Of a DNA stretch of 64,000 nt, positions 9,416 through 17,727 are shown piece by piece. A program made the position numbers and the translations under genes. Origin of the DNA: a virus. The notes under the pieces are model-generated. The model was not told where the DNA came from, did no database searches, and worked only from the letters and a program-made list of their open reading frames with translations. The stretch lies in the IMG/VR virus record IMGVR_UViG_3300045988_074321, positions 1-64,000 of that record; one strand, written 5' to 3'. How positions within the stretch are numbered: the first letter of the stretch is position 1; each line of letters begins with the position of its first letter.

Positions 9416-9628
9416 TGGAAGACAAATATGAAGGGCTATCTGATGAAGAACTCAAAGAAATCTTCGAAGATATGCAGGCAGACTATTGGATAGATTATTA
9501 TCAATCTATCTATGAATAAAACCCTATTAGCGAGACCTAGGATATGGATTTTAGAAATATGTATACCCACTGCATATAGGTTAGTCATATTTAAATGAGG
9601 AAACCAGGGTTCTCTACTAGGTCGATTC

Positions 9629-9717
9629 GGGATTGTAACCGGTAATTGGTAGCCGCGCAGACTGTAAATCTGCTCTCTTTTGAGACTGGAGGTTCGAGTC
9701 CTCCCAATCCCACACTA
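9629..9717 (+). tRNA. tRNA-Tyr (GTA), type II, second copy
   Basis: anticodon arm gcaga-CTGTAAA-tctgc identical to E. coli tRNA-Tyr; acceptor gggattg/caatccc; T-arm ggagg-TTCGAGT-cctcc; D-arm irregular. Confidence 0.6.
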
Positions 9718-9730
9718 ATTTCAATATATT

Positions 9731-9946
9731 ATGATGATATTTGTATATTCAGCATTTATATACGTAATAAGCACGTACATAGTTGGCCTTTATATGGCAG
9801 TAAATGAACGATTTGTTACAGTTAGAAGACTCGCAATAATGGCATTACCAGTAATAAATACTATATTTGTTATTGTAATACTATTATTTGATATTAAACC
9901 ATTTATAAAAACAGTTATAAACGAATTTAAAGAAATTACAAAATGA
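9731..9946 (+). CDS. small membrane protein
   Basis: ORF track; hydrophobic. Confidence 0.45.
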   Translation: MMIFVYSAFIYVISTYIVGLYMAVNERFVTVRRLAIMALPVINTIFVIVILLFDIKPFIKTVINEFKEITK

Positions 9947-9952
9947 CAAATT

Positions 9953-10204
9953 ATGAGTACGGAGAAGGATACTTACCAGAAATCTGGTACTAGTGTAGTA
10001 TTTCAAAAAGAAATTAAGCAGTGTAGAGAATGTCCGCACTGCTTAATTGTTCCTGACCCAGATCCTAATGACTGGTTCAATGATGACGACGAGAAAGCGC
10101 TCTGTAAGGAGTCTGAGAATAAACTAATTGAAGGAATGTTAAGACCTTACGAAAGGGTATTAATTCCGGATTGGTGTCCATTAAAAACTAATAAACAAAA
10201 ATGA
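9953..10204 (+). CDS. Cys-rich (zinc-ribbon-like) hypothetical protein
   Basis: CRECPHC ... C..C motif. Confidence 0.45.
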   Translation: MSTEKDTYQKSGTSVVFQKEIKQCRECPHCLIVPDPDPNDWFNDDDEKALCKESENKLIEGMLRPYERVLIPDWCPLKTNKQK

Positions 10205-10665
10205 ATAGAATTAAGACAAAAGCCTATCTTGAGGTAACTTTAGAGCAGGCACGCGAATGGTATGAAAGCGGTAATGAAGACTTGAAGAAATTAGCTCTTA
10301 CTGCATTTAGTGAGGAAATGCTAATTCCTTCCTTTAAAGAGATAGTAGAGTCTGAAGAAGATTATGGTTTTTGGAATACATTAGTATGTCCTCCAAGCAT
10401 GACAGAACAACTCAGTTCTCTAGCTAGTTTACAAATAGTTGCTAACTATCTAAATAAAGGATGGATCAAAACAGAAGGTAATACTGGCTATTTTCTTGGA
10501 AGGGGTTCTTCTCTATCTGGAAAGACGGAAACTGATATAAAAGGAGTGTACGTCGTTATGCATCAAAACGTAAAATATCCAGGTGTTGTTTATTTTAGAA
10601 CTGTAGCTGATGTACAGAAAGCGGTGAAGATACTAGGAAAGAAGTTGCTGCCGCTATTCGAATAA
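10201..10665 (+). CDS. hypothetical protein
   Basis: ORF track. Confidence 0.5.
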   Translation: MNRIKTKAYLEVTLEQAREWYESGNEDLKKLALTAFSEEMLIPSFKEIVESEEDYGFWNTLVCPPSMTEQLSSLASLQIVANYLNKGWIKTEGNTGYFLGRGSSLSGKTETDIKGVYVVMHQNVKYPGVVYFRTVADVQKAVKILGKKLLPLFE

Positions 10666-10671
10666 TTTGAT

Positions 10672-10745
10672 GGTGTTATTAGTTCAGTTGGCAGAACGCT
10701 ACATTGTGGCTGTAGAGGTCAGCGGTTCGAGTCCGCTATAACACC
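10672..10745 (+). tRNA. tRNA-His (GTG) with G-1
   Basis: extra 5' G pairing with discriminator C; anticodon stem ctaca/tgtag, loop TTGTGGC; T-arm agcgg-TTCGAGT-ccgct. Confidence 0.85.
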
Positions 10746-10775
10746 CTAATCATGTTTTATTAAATATTATAACGA

Positions 10776-11336
10776 ATGAAAAAGACAATTGAAATTGAAT
10801 GTCCAGATGGTTATAAACCCATCTATAATGCCGAAACTGGCAATGTTGAAATCGTTCCAGAAAACATTATGGGACGGATAAGAACCTATGAGGATGCTGT
10901 AAACTATCTAGGGTGTGTTACTAGAGATACTATTTACTACAATAGATCTGTAAATTCTCTAGCTAAGTTGCAGACAGTCTTGGATGCGCTAAATGAAGGT
11001 CACAAGTTCAATCTGTTAACTGGTACTATATGGTATCCCTGGGTTCGCTTCTTTAGAATGAAATCAGTTCCGAAGGATGCAGAAGTCATTGGTCACTTCC
11101 GTTATCAGGGCGAGAAATTCGCGTTGGTGGGCGGCGGCGCGTATAATGGCGGCCTTGCGGGTCTCGGCTTTTTCGATTCTATCTATGGCGTCGGCGGTGC
11201 CTATTCCTGTGTCGGGATGCTTGCGTGCAAATCTGAAGAGATTGCCAAATACGTATCAACCCAGTTTGGAAAGCTAGTGTTCGATGCTTGTTTTGCAAGA
11301 CATTTCAAGGGTGAAGAATTTGAATGGCTTGACTAA
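10776..11336 (+). CDS. hypothetical protein with GC-rich Gly-repeat segment
   Basis: ORF track; GGGAYNGGLAGLGFFDSIYGVGGAY encoded by an unusually GC-rich stretch 11100-11280. Confidence 0.5.
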   Translation: MKKTIEIECPDGYKPIYNAETGNVEIVPENIMGRIRTYEDAVNYLGCVTRDTIYYNRSVNSLAKLQTVLDALNEGHKFNLLTGTIWYPWVRFFRMKSVPKDAEVIGHFRYQGEKFALVGGGAYNGGLAGLGFFDSIYGVGGAYSCVGMLACKSEEIAKYVSTQFGKLVFDACFARHFKGEEFEWLD

Positions 11337-11814
11337 TGAAAAAGTTCCTTGTAATTATGCTTGCTTGCTCTGGATGAGCGTAGCAGCATTTTCTCAGATA
11401 ACTATATCTCAGGAAGATTATGATAAGTTACCCAATGAGACTAGAACTCAAATTGAGAAGATAACAACAGAGAAGGCTATAAAGGGTGAAATCAAGGAAG
11501 TTTCTGAGTATGCAAATCTCGGTAAGGAGATTGGAGTAGCCGTTAATGAAACTTTGAAGGCAGTTGAAGATTCGGCTATAAGAATATCTGAATCTAATCT
11601 AGGACAAACAGCGATAACTATTGTAGTATGGAAATTACTATATAAGGAGATAGCTGGAGTCGTAATAGGTATACTACTGCTAGGAATATCTCTATTTTTA
11701 CTAATAACTGGAAGAGGAAAACTATCTAAAGACGATGAAGATGCTGGCGGATGGATAAGTGTAGTCGGTGGCGCAGTATTCTTTATTTCTTCTATGATTT
11801 GTGTATTTGGCTGA
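11337..11814 (+). pseudogene. lipoprotein gene with apparent frameshift: signal peptide MKKFLVIMLACSG in one frame (11337..11378), mature part in +1 frame (track ORF 11284..11814)
   Basis: lipobox LAC in frame A ends at TGA; body continues in frame B from ~11374; indel or sequencing error near GCTTGCTTGCTC. Confidence 0.4.
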
Positions 11815-11910
11815 GGAGCAGTCCAGGCTATAGGCTGGTGTATTCTAGCTATATTCTGTGTATTATTGCTTCTTGGATGTATGTTAGGCTAACTAATTGG
11901 TTAGCCCTTT

Positions 11911-11999
11911 GGAAGGGTGGCAGAGTCAGGTTTAATGCAACGGTCTTGAAAACCGTCGGGCGGTAAAACGTCCCCAGGGTTCGAATCCCTGTCCTTCCG
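11911..11999 (+). tRNA. tRNA-Ser (TGA), type II
   Basis: acceptor ggaaggg/tccttcc, anticodon stem acggt/accgt, loop CTTGAAA, long variable arm, T-arm caggg-TTCGAAT-ccctg. Confidence 0.8.
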
Positions 12000-12008
12000 C
12001 AATTAACT

Positions 12009-12081
12009 ATAGGATTGGTGTTAACGGTTAGCACGTCGGTCTCCAAAATCGAAGGTAAGGGTTCGAATCCTTTATCCTATG
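12009..12081 (+). tRNA. tRNA-Trp (CCA)
   Basis: acceptor ataggat/atcctat, anticodon stem tcggt/atcga (G-U), loop CTCCAAA. Confidence 0.75.
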
Positions 12082-12104
12082 CAAATATCAATAACTAAAA
12101 ACTT

Positions 12105-12323
12105 ATGAAGAGAATTAGATTAATTTGTATGATGGCTGTTGTAGCAATAGTTACGGCAGTCTGTTGTTCGTTTACTTCTAGGGAAGACCGAAATCATTTT
12201 TCGGTTATAAAGGTATATACCGACCCTAATAGTCACATGAATGTCTATAGAGTCTCCGTTCCTGGGAGAGTGTATTACGTACTTCATAATACGACTCAAG
12301 GAGGGTTATGTAAATTACAATGA
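12105..12323 (+). CDS. small lipoprotein-like protein
   Basis: N-terminal signal MKRIRLICMMAVVAIVTAVCC. Confidence 0.45.
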   Translation: MKRIRLICMMAVVAIVTAVCCSFTSREDRNHFSVIKVYTDPNSHMNVYRVSVPGRVYYVLHNTTQGGLCKLQ

Positions 12324-12847
12324 GCGAAACTTATTATCTCTTAGCAGCCATTTCGTATGGCATTTTTATTGTTCAGTTCATACTCTCTTGGTTTGGTGGC
12401 GACACTGACTTAGATGTAGATTTAGATGGAGAATTGGACATGGATGTGAGTGATATTGTCTCTTTTAAAGGACTAGTACATTTTGTAATGGGAGCAAGTG
12501 GATGGCTTTGTATTAAGCATTCCGTTTCTCATTCTATAGAATGGTACGATTATTTAATCGCATTAATATGCGGTATTCTTTTTGTGGTTATACTTTACTA
12601 CTTATATAAACTTTGTTTAAAACTCCAACATCAAGTTATTCCTGAAAAGGGTGAAGCCTTAGTTGGGAGAATTGGAACAATCACTATCCCTAATGATATT
12701 TCTGGTGGTAGTTCTGTTATCTTAGTTGAGATAAATGGAATGCTTCAAGAATTGTCAGCTTATGCTGAAGAAGAGCATAAGACGTATAAAAACGGGGACA
12801 AAGTGAGAATTTCAAAATTTGAGAATGGAAAGTATTATTTTAACTAA
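12320..12847 (+). CDS. NfeD-like membrane protein (YqiJ-like partner of SPFH proteins)
   Basis: N-terminal TM helices plus C-terminal OB-fold-like segment GRIGTITIPNDISGGSSVILVEINGM; immediately upstream of flotillin gene; ATGA overlap. Confidence 0.55.
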   Translation: MSETYYLLAAISYGIFIVQFILSWFGGDTDLDVDLDGELDMDVSDIVSFKGLVHFVMGASGWLCIKHSVSHSIEWYDYLIALICGILFVVILYYLYKLCLKLQHQVIPEKGEALVGRIGTITIPNDISGGSSVILVEINGMLQELSAYAEEEHKTYKNGDKVRISKFENGKYYFN

Positions 12848-12862
12848 AAAGAATTTTTAAAG

Positions 12863-14836
12863 ATGACAACAGAAACTCTTATTGTAGCGGGTGTTATTGT
12901 ACTCTTAGTAGTTGTAACTTTTATCGGACTTTTGTCTCGGTATCGTAAGTGTGCTAGTGATGAAATCCTGGTAGTATTTGGTAAGGCAGGAAAGAAGAAG
13001 GTAGTTAACGAGAAGACTGGTAAAACGGAGGAAGTTATACTGCCGTCTAAAATCATCCACGGCGGAGGTACATTCGTAATGCCTGTCATTCAAGACTGGG
13101 CTAAAATGTCCTTGAAACCTATTCAGATTCAGGTAATGGTAGAGGGAGTATCCAGCCAAATGATTAAGGTTAGGATTCCTGTGACATTAACTACTGGTAT
13201 AGGAACCGATCAAGTACTAATGCAAAACGCTGCAAGCAGATTCTTAACAGCTAAAACTTCTGAAATCTCAGACCAAATCAAGGATATTCTCATTGGTGAA
13301 GTGAGAAGCTTGATGGCAACAATGACGATTGAGGAAATAAATGCTGATAGAATCAAATTTATCGGCAAGGCAAAAGAGAATATTGAAACTGAGTTGAACA
13401 AGGTAGGTTTCAGTATTATCAATATTAACAACGCTGATATCTCGGACGATGCAAACTATATCAAGAATCTTGGTCAGAAAGCTGCAACTAAAGCTCTTGC
13501 TCAGGCACAGGCTGACATTGCAGAAGAGAAGAAGAAAGGAGATATTCAGATTGCAGAAACCAACAAACAGCGTGAGATTGCCGTAGCCGATGCTGAAAAG
13601 GAAAGAGAAACTACAGTTGCTCAAACTAAGCAAGAACAGGAAGTAAAGGTTGCTGAGATTAATCAGGAGAAAGCTATTCGCTTGGCAGAAGCAGAAAAGA
13701 ACAAACAAGCTGGTATCGCTGAACAGAAGGCGGAACAAGAAGCTAGTATTGCTCGTGCAAACACTCAAGCAGAATCAGCTAAAGCTGAAGCTGAATCTCA
13801 GAGAATAGCTAATGTAGCGAAATCCGCTTCAGAGGCTGCTTCTAAGAAAGCTGCTGCTGACGCAGAAGCAGAAGCTAATGTAGCTAAAGCTAAGGCAGAA
13901 GCAGATTCTAAGAAAGCTGAAGCTGAAGCTCTGAAGCAAACTCGTATTGCTCAAGCTAAGCAAAAGCAGGAAGCAGACACTCAGAAAGCAATTAATGAGC
14001 AAGAAGCTGCTACTGCAGAGTATGAGTCTCAGAAGAGAATTAAGGCTGCAGAAGCTGACAAGCAAGCTGGAGTAGCTGAGCAGAAAGCAACTATTGAAGT
14101 ATCAAAGGCAAAAGGAGAAGCTGCACAGGCACAAGCTGAAGCAGAAAAGGTAGCTGGTACTTCTAAAGTAGAAGCAAGAATGGCTGTAGCCAAAACAGAA
14201 CAAGAACGCCAGATTGAGGTTAACGAAGCTGCTGCTAAGGCAGAGGAAGCAAAACTTCAAGCTGAAATGATTGTTCCTGCTCAGAAACAAAAAGAGAGAG
14301 TAACTATTGAAGCAGAAGCAATTAAAGCCAAAGCGGTATTGGAAGCAGAAGCAGAAGCTGCAAAGATTTTGAAAGAAGCAGAAGCGAAAGCTGACGCTAC
14401 TAAACTGCAGTTAGAAGCAGAGGCAGAAGGTACTCGCAAGAAATTGCTTGCTGAAGCTGAAGGTAAGAGAGCATCATTGATGGCAGAAGCTGATAAGGTT
14501 CAAGCTATCGAAATGGCTCCAGCCTTGGCAGTTGAGAAGATGATTGAATCTGGCTTGACTCCTGAAATGGTGGTTCAGTACAAGACAGTTGACCAGTTGA
14601 CAGGTATTGCAGAAGCATCTGCTCAGATGTTTGAACACGTTCACCTTGGACAGGTTACTGTTTATGGTAACGAGAATACCGCTGGTAACTTCATGGCTAA
14701 AACTGCTGAGAACTTGAATCCTGCGTTCGACTTGCTTCGCTCTATACCTTTCGCTGATACACTGAAAAGTGTTCTCGGCAAGAAAGAGTTGGAGGAGAAG
14801 AAAGCTGAAACAACTGAGTTTGAAGAAGTGAAGTAA
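12863..14836 (+). CDS. flotillin-like SPFH/band-7 protein (YqiK-like) with long Ala/Glu/Lys-rich coiled coil
   Basis: N-terminal TM, SPFH domain, ~300 aa of EA repeats, C-terminal conserved tail; minus-strand ORFs inside are low-complexity artefacts. Confidence 0.8.
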   Translation: MTTETLIVAGVIVLLVVVTFIGLLSRYRKCASDEILVVFGKAGKKKVVNEKTGKTEEVILPSKIIHGGGTFVMPVIQDWAKMSLKPIQIQVMVEGVSSQMIKVRIPVTLTTGIGTDQVLMQNAASRFLTAKTSEISDQIKDILIGEVRSLMATMTIEEINADRIKFIGKAKENIETELNKVGFSIININNADISDDANYIKNLGQKAATKALAQAQADIAEEKKKGDIQIAETNKQREIAVADAEKERETTVAQTKQEQEVKVAEINQEKAIRLAEAEKNKQAGIAEQKAEQEASIARANTQAESAKAEAESQRIANVAKSASEAASKKAAADAEAEANVAKAKAEADSKKAEAEALKQTRIAQAKQKQEADTQKAINEQEAATAEYESQKRIKAAEADKQAGVAEQKATIEVSKAKGEAAQAQAEAEKVAGTSKVEARMAVAKTEQERQIEVNEAAAKAEEAKLQAEMIVPAQKQKERVTIEAEAIKAKAVLEAEAEAAKILKEAEAKADATKLQLEAEAEGTRKKLLAEAEGKRASLMAEADKVQAIEMAPALAVEKMIESGLTPEMVVQYKTVDQLTGIAEASAQMFEHVHLGQVTVYGNENTAGNFMAKTAENLNPAFDLLRSIPFADTLKSVLGKKELEEKKAETTEFEEVK

Positions 14837-14842
14837 TTCACA

Positions 14843-14893
14843 GCGAAGGGGCTTTACAATTTCAATAGTAAAGTATAACAAAAGCCCCTTCGC
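14843..14893 (+). terminator. 13-bp stem hairpin GCGAAGGGGCTTT...AAAGCCCCTTCGC after flotillin gene
   Basis: perfect 13-bp inverted repeat directly after TAA. Confidence 0.6.
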
Positions 14894-14898
14894 AATTT

Positions 14899-14983
14899 GG
14901 AGGTATGGGTGAGTGGCTTAAACCACCGTCCTGCTAAGACGGAGGGCCTTCGGGTCCCGCTGGTTCGAATCCAGCTGCCTCCG
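14899..14983 (+). tRNA. tRNA-Ser (GCT), type II
   Basis: acceptor ggaggta/tgcctcc, anticodon stem ccgtc/gacgg, loop CTGCTAA, long variable arm, T-arm gctgg-TTCGAAT-ccagc. Confidence 0.8.
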
Positions 14984-14999
14984 CTTAATAAAATTTGTT

Positions 15000-15239
15000 A
15001 TGGAAGAAAGAATTGAAATCTTTAAGTCTCTTCATAAGTCATTTCTTGATATGCTTATGGATGATACTTGGTTAATGGAAGAGCCTATTGACGTAGCTGA
15101 AACAGAAGCTTGCTGGAGATGGGCAATAGAATTAGGAGATGAAACTGTTCCGGTAGAAAAATTTGAGGAAGAATTTAAGTTTTCTTTACAAGATTTAACT
15201 AACTGGTGGAACAAAAAAGTATTAGATTTGAGTATCTAA
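15000..15239 (+). CDS. acidic hypothetical protein
   Basis: ORF track. Confidence 0.45.
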   Translation: MEERIEIFKSLHKSFLDMLMDDTWLMEEPIDVAETEACWRWAIELGDETVPVEKFEEEFKFSLQDLTNWWNKKVLDLSI

Positions 15240-15245
15240 TTACAT

Positions 15246-15322
15246 GGGACGATAGCTCAGTAGGTAGAGCGCTGGACTGAAAATCCAGGACGATAGCGGC
15301 AGTTCGATCCTGCCTCGTCCCA
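15246..15322 (+). tRNA. tRNA-Phe (GAA)
   Basis: acceptor gggacga/tcgtccc, D gctc/gagc, anticodon stem ctgga/tccag, loop CTGAAAA, T-arm ggcag-TTCGATC-ctgcc; 9-nt variable region. Confidence 0.8.
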
Positions 15323-15385
15323 CGCATTGTGTGTTTTTCATGGTAAATATGGGCTTAACGGTTCGAGAGAATAGTTAAGCTAAAC

Positions 15386-15457
15386 TGGGCTATGGTGTAA
15401 TGGTAGTCACATCAGATTTTGGTTCTGAGAGTCCAGGTTCGAGTCCTGGTAGCCCAA
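15386..15457 (+). tRNA. tRNA-Gln (TTG)
   Basis: acceptor tgggcta/tagccca, anticodon stem tcaga/tctga, loop TTTTGGT, T-arm ccagg-TTCGAGT-cctgg. Confidence 0.85.
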
Positions 15458-15618
15458 CTAAATACAGCTTCGCTAGGGAGACCTAGCCTTGCATACCAAG
15501 AGGCGGTAAAGTCAGCTGAATAAATCCGTTGCGGTATTACCTAGTAATAATCTAAAGCTAGCTAAAGAATAACTAGGAACATAAGGGTAGTAAGGCTGTA
15601 TTTCTAAATTATATAATT

Positions 15619-15780
15619 ATGGATAAGAAGAATTATAGAAAAGTAGTTAAAATCTGTGAGAAAGGCAGATGTAAAGTGAGAGAAAATTCATTTGGAGTTT
15701 GTTGGTGTGTAAGATGTGGTAAATTACATTCTGATGCTCCAGCTAAGTTAAAACCTGAAGAGCAAATCATAGTAAAATGA
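15619..15780 (+). CDS. small zinc-ribbon protein (53 aa)
   Basis: own translation MDKKNYRKVVKICEKGRCKVRENSFGVCWCVRCGK... Confidence 0.35.
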   Translation: MDKKNYRKVVKICEKGRCKVRENSFGVCWCVRCGKLHSDAPAKLKPEEQIIVK

Positions 15781-15986
15781 AAGTAATAATTAATAGCTGT
15801 TTACTTACAGAGCTACTGAAGAACTTCCAAACTTCTCTAGATAATATGAGAGTTATTGGAGAGACATATTCTGTAGAAGATATGAATGAGCTGGTTGAGG
15901 AGTTTTCTAAGTTTAATATAAAGCCTGATGATATTATTGGTAAAACTATAATATTTAAATGTCAATCAATAAGTGCTTATGCTTAA
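15777..15986 (+). CDS. hypothetical protein
   Basis: ORF track. Confidence 0.4.
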   Translation: MKVIINSCLLTELLKNFQTSLDNMRVIGETYSVEDMNELVEEFSKFNIKPDDIIGKTIIFKCQSISAYA

Positions 15987-16323
15987 CGTAACTTCTTTCA
16001 ATATTGGGGAGATAACTAGTAAAGTATCTCTAAATACTCCCAGTAGCGGAATAATCCAGAGGTCTCATCCTAGAAGTAAATTCGTAAGATTTCATTCTAG
16101 GTCTCCTATGTCAGAATATGCATTCTCTAGTAGACCAAGACTAAGTAAGGATGGGCCGGAAATTGTGGTATTGCAGATTATGGTATTTGGTAATGATGAA
16201 TTGCTAGTTGAATATGTCTGCGAACAGGAACTAACAGTAGAATAGGTTATTAGACCGGTAAATAACCTTCCGTAGCCAGTCGGACGTTGGGAGCTTATAG
16301 TCCTACGATAGTGAGACTAAATC

Positions 16324-16368
16324 GGACCTATAGCTCAGCCAGGTCAGAGCAGCTAATTATGAGTCAGA
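16324..16368 (+). other. 5' fragment of a tRNA gene (acceptor ggaccta + canonical D-arm TAGCTCAGCCAGGTCAGAGC) lacking an adjacent 3' half
   Basis: 7/7 complement (taggtcc) plus T-arm found 730 bp downstream at 17062..17103. Confidence 0.5.
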
Positions 16369-16369
16369 T

Positions 16370-16446
16370 AGGGACGTATCCCCTCAAGCTTATACCTTGT
16401 AGAAAGGGTAGTTGGTCGCACGTGGGTTCAAACCCCACCGTCCCTA
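16370..16446 (+). tRNA. tRNA-like gene with perfect acceptor (agggacg/cgtccct) and T-arm (gtggg-TTCAAAC-cccac) but aberrant D/anticodon arms (9-10 nt anticodon loop TTGTAGAAAG)
   Basis: hand-folding; anticodon not assignable. Confidence 0.4.
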
Positions 16447-16519
16447 CAACTTCTGGATTGAATTTTTAATTTTGCACCAAAACATTTGGTATTATGATTA
16501 TTTTCATATATATTTGTAT

Positions 16520-17068
16520 ATGAATTACAATGATTATAATACACAGAAGTTAAGAGGTTTAAAGCGCAAATTAGAGCTAGTAAAATCTCGTGGTGGTAAA
16601 TGTGAACTATGCGGCTATGATAGAAACATAGCTGTTCTAGAATTTCACCATATTAATCCAGATGAGAAAGAGTTTCAGTTAGATATGAGACATTTATCTA
16701 ATACAAGTCTAGAAAGGCTTAAAGAGGAAGCAGATAAATGTCAACTTCTATGCGCTAATTGTCATAGAGAAGTACATAACCCTCACTTGGGAATGGACGA
16801 AGTTGAAGATTTAGTTAATACTGAAGCTAAAGATAAGACGTCTTTTGAAAATATGACTGGGTCTGTATGCCCAGTATGCGGCAAAAGATTTCCTAAATCT
16901 AAGGGTAAGATATACTGTTCTAAGGAATGCAGAGATGCTGATAAACATTATCCTTCTCTAGAAGAAGTAAATGAGCAGTACGAAATACTTAAGAATTGGG
17001 AGAAAGTTGCTCAGCATTTTGGATTAACTCGCAGAGTTATTCAAGGAATAAGAAAGAAAGACTCATAA
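16520..17068 (+). CDS. HNH homing endonuclease
   Basis: ELCGYDRNIAVLEFHHINPDEKE ... LLCANCHREVH; first ATG at 16520 (track ORF starts inside tRNA-like sequence). Confidence 0.8.
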   Translation: MNYNDYNTQKLRGLKRKLELVKSRGGKCELCGYDRNIAVLEFHHINPDEKEFQLDMRHLSNTSLERLKEEADKCQLLCANCHREVHNPHLGMDEVEDLVNTEAKDKTSFENMTGSVCPVCGKRFPKSKGKIYCSKECRDADKHYPSLEEVNEQYEILKNWEKVAQHFGLTRRVIQGIRKKDS

Positions 17069-17103
17069 TCAGAAGGTCGGGGGTTCAAAGCCCTCTAGGT
17101 CCA
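17062..17103 (+). other. 3' fragment of a CAU-anticodon tRNA gene (loop CTCATAA, stem tcaga, variable aggtc, T-arm ggggg-TTCAAAG-ccctc, acceptor taggtcc)
   Basis: no matching 5' anticodon stem upstream; acceptor complements 16324 fragment. Confidence 0.5.
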
Positions 17104-17108
17104 CACTT

Positions 17109-17177
17109 GAGCCTACCTAATTGGAATAAAGGTCTAGACGCGTTGGCTAGATTTGGGTTCAAGTCCCAATAGGTTCA
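17109..17177 (+). tRNA. tRNA-like gene, 69 nt, 7-bp anticodon stem with 9-nt loop ACGCGTTGG, no variable region
   Basis: acceptor gagccta/taggttc, T-arm ttggg-TTCAAGT-cccaa; anticodon not assignable. Confidence 0.4.
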
Positions 17178-17315
17178 CATAATCAGATACGGAGAAAGTA
17201 GTACAACCGAAAAGACATATCAAGTAATATAGGTTGCCACGAGTATAGTCGGCTTATATTGCGCTCCATGGAACGGGTATGAGGTCTGATTTCAAATAAT
17301 TAAAAAATAAAACTT

Positions 17316-17726
17316 ATGAATTATCAGTATTTTGGATTGTTCTTAGATGAACCAACTAGAAACAAACTTATGCAAGTTATCATTGGAAATCCCATTATTT
17401 GCAATCTGGTGTTCCAAAGAGGAAGTACTATTTATTTAGATCATTGCACTCTTCTCCATAAAAATCAACATGAAGAAAAGATGGCTAATGACCTACAATA
17501 TCGTATAGATGGTAATTTTCGATTAATTGTAAACAAAATAGGGATTTCTGAGAAAGCAATAGCTTTTGGAGTAGAATTGGGAGACCAATATCTGCCTTGT
17601 GCAAATGCTAAACCTCATATCACTATTTGTACAATCAACAAGGGTAAACCAGTAGATAGCAATGGTATTGCAACTTGGATTCCAATTCCAGAATTTAGTA
17701 TTTATTGCCATCTTAAAGTAGTATAA
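17316..17726 (+). CDS. hypothetical protein
   Basis: ORF track. Confidence 0.5.
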   Translation: MNYQYFGLFLDEPTRNKLMQVIIGNPIICNLVFQRGSTIYLDHCTLLHKNQHEEKMANDLQYRIDGNFRLIVNKIGISEKAIAFGVELGDQYLPCANAKPHITICTINKGKPVDSNGIATWIPIPEFSIYCHLKVV

Positions 17727-17727
17727 T

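Noticed and set aside
9731-10204. In-frame TGA between ORFs 9731..9946 and 9953..10204 (possible TGA recoding)
   Set aside because: The two products are unrelated in character (TM peptide versus Cys-rich soluble); the spacing fits ordinary adjacent genes; no other TGA read-through candidates seen.
12844-14881. Seven minus-strand ORFs (12844..13089, 12905..13159, 13210..13431, 13268..13768, 13829..14065, 14102..14290, 14474..14881) in the track
   Set aside because: All lie inside the flotillin gene antisense to its GCT/GAA repeats; low-complexity Leu/Ser/Phe/Cys translations; artefacts.
16370-16446. Attempt to assign an anticodon to the tRNA-like gene
   Set aside because: No 5-bp stem with 7-nt loop possible; only 4-bp stems with 5- or 10-nt loops; left unassigned.
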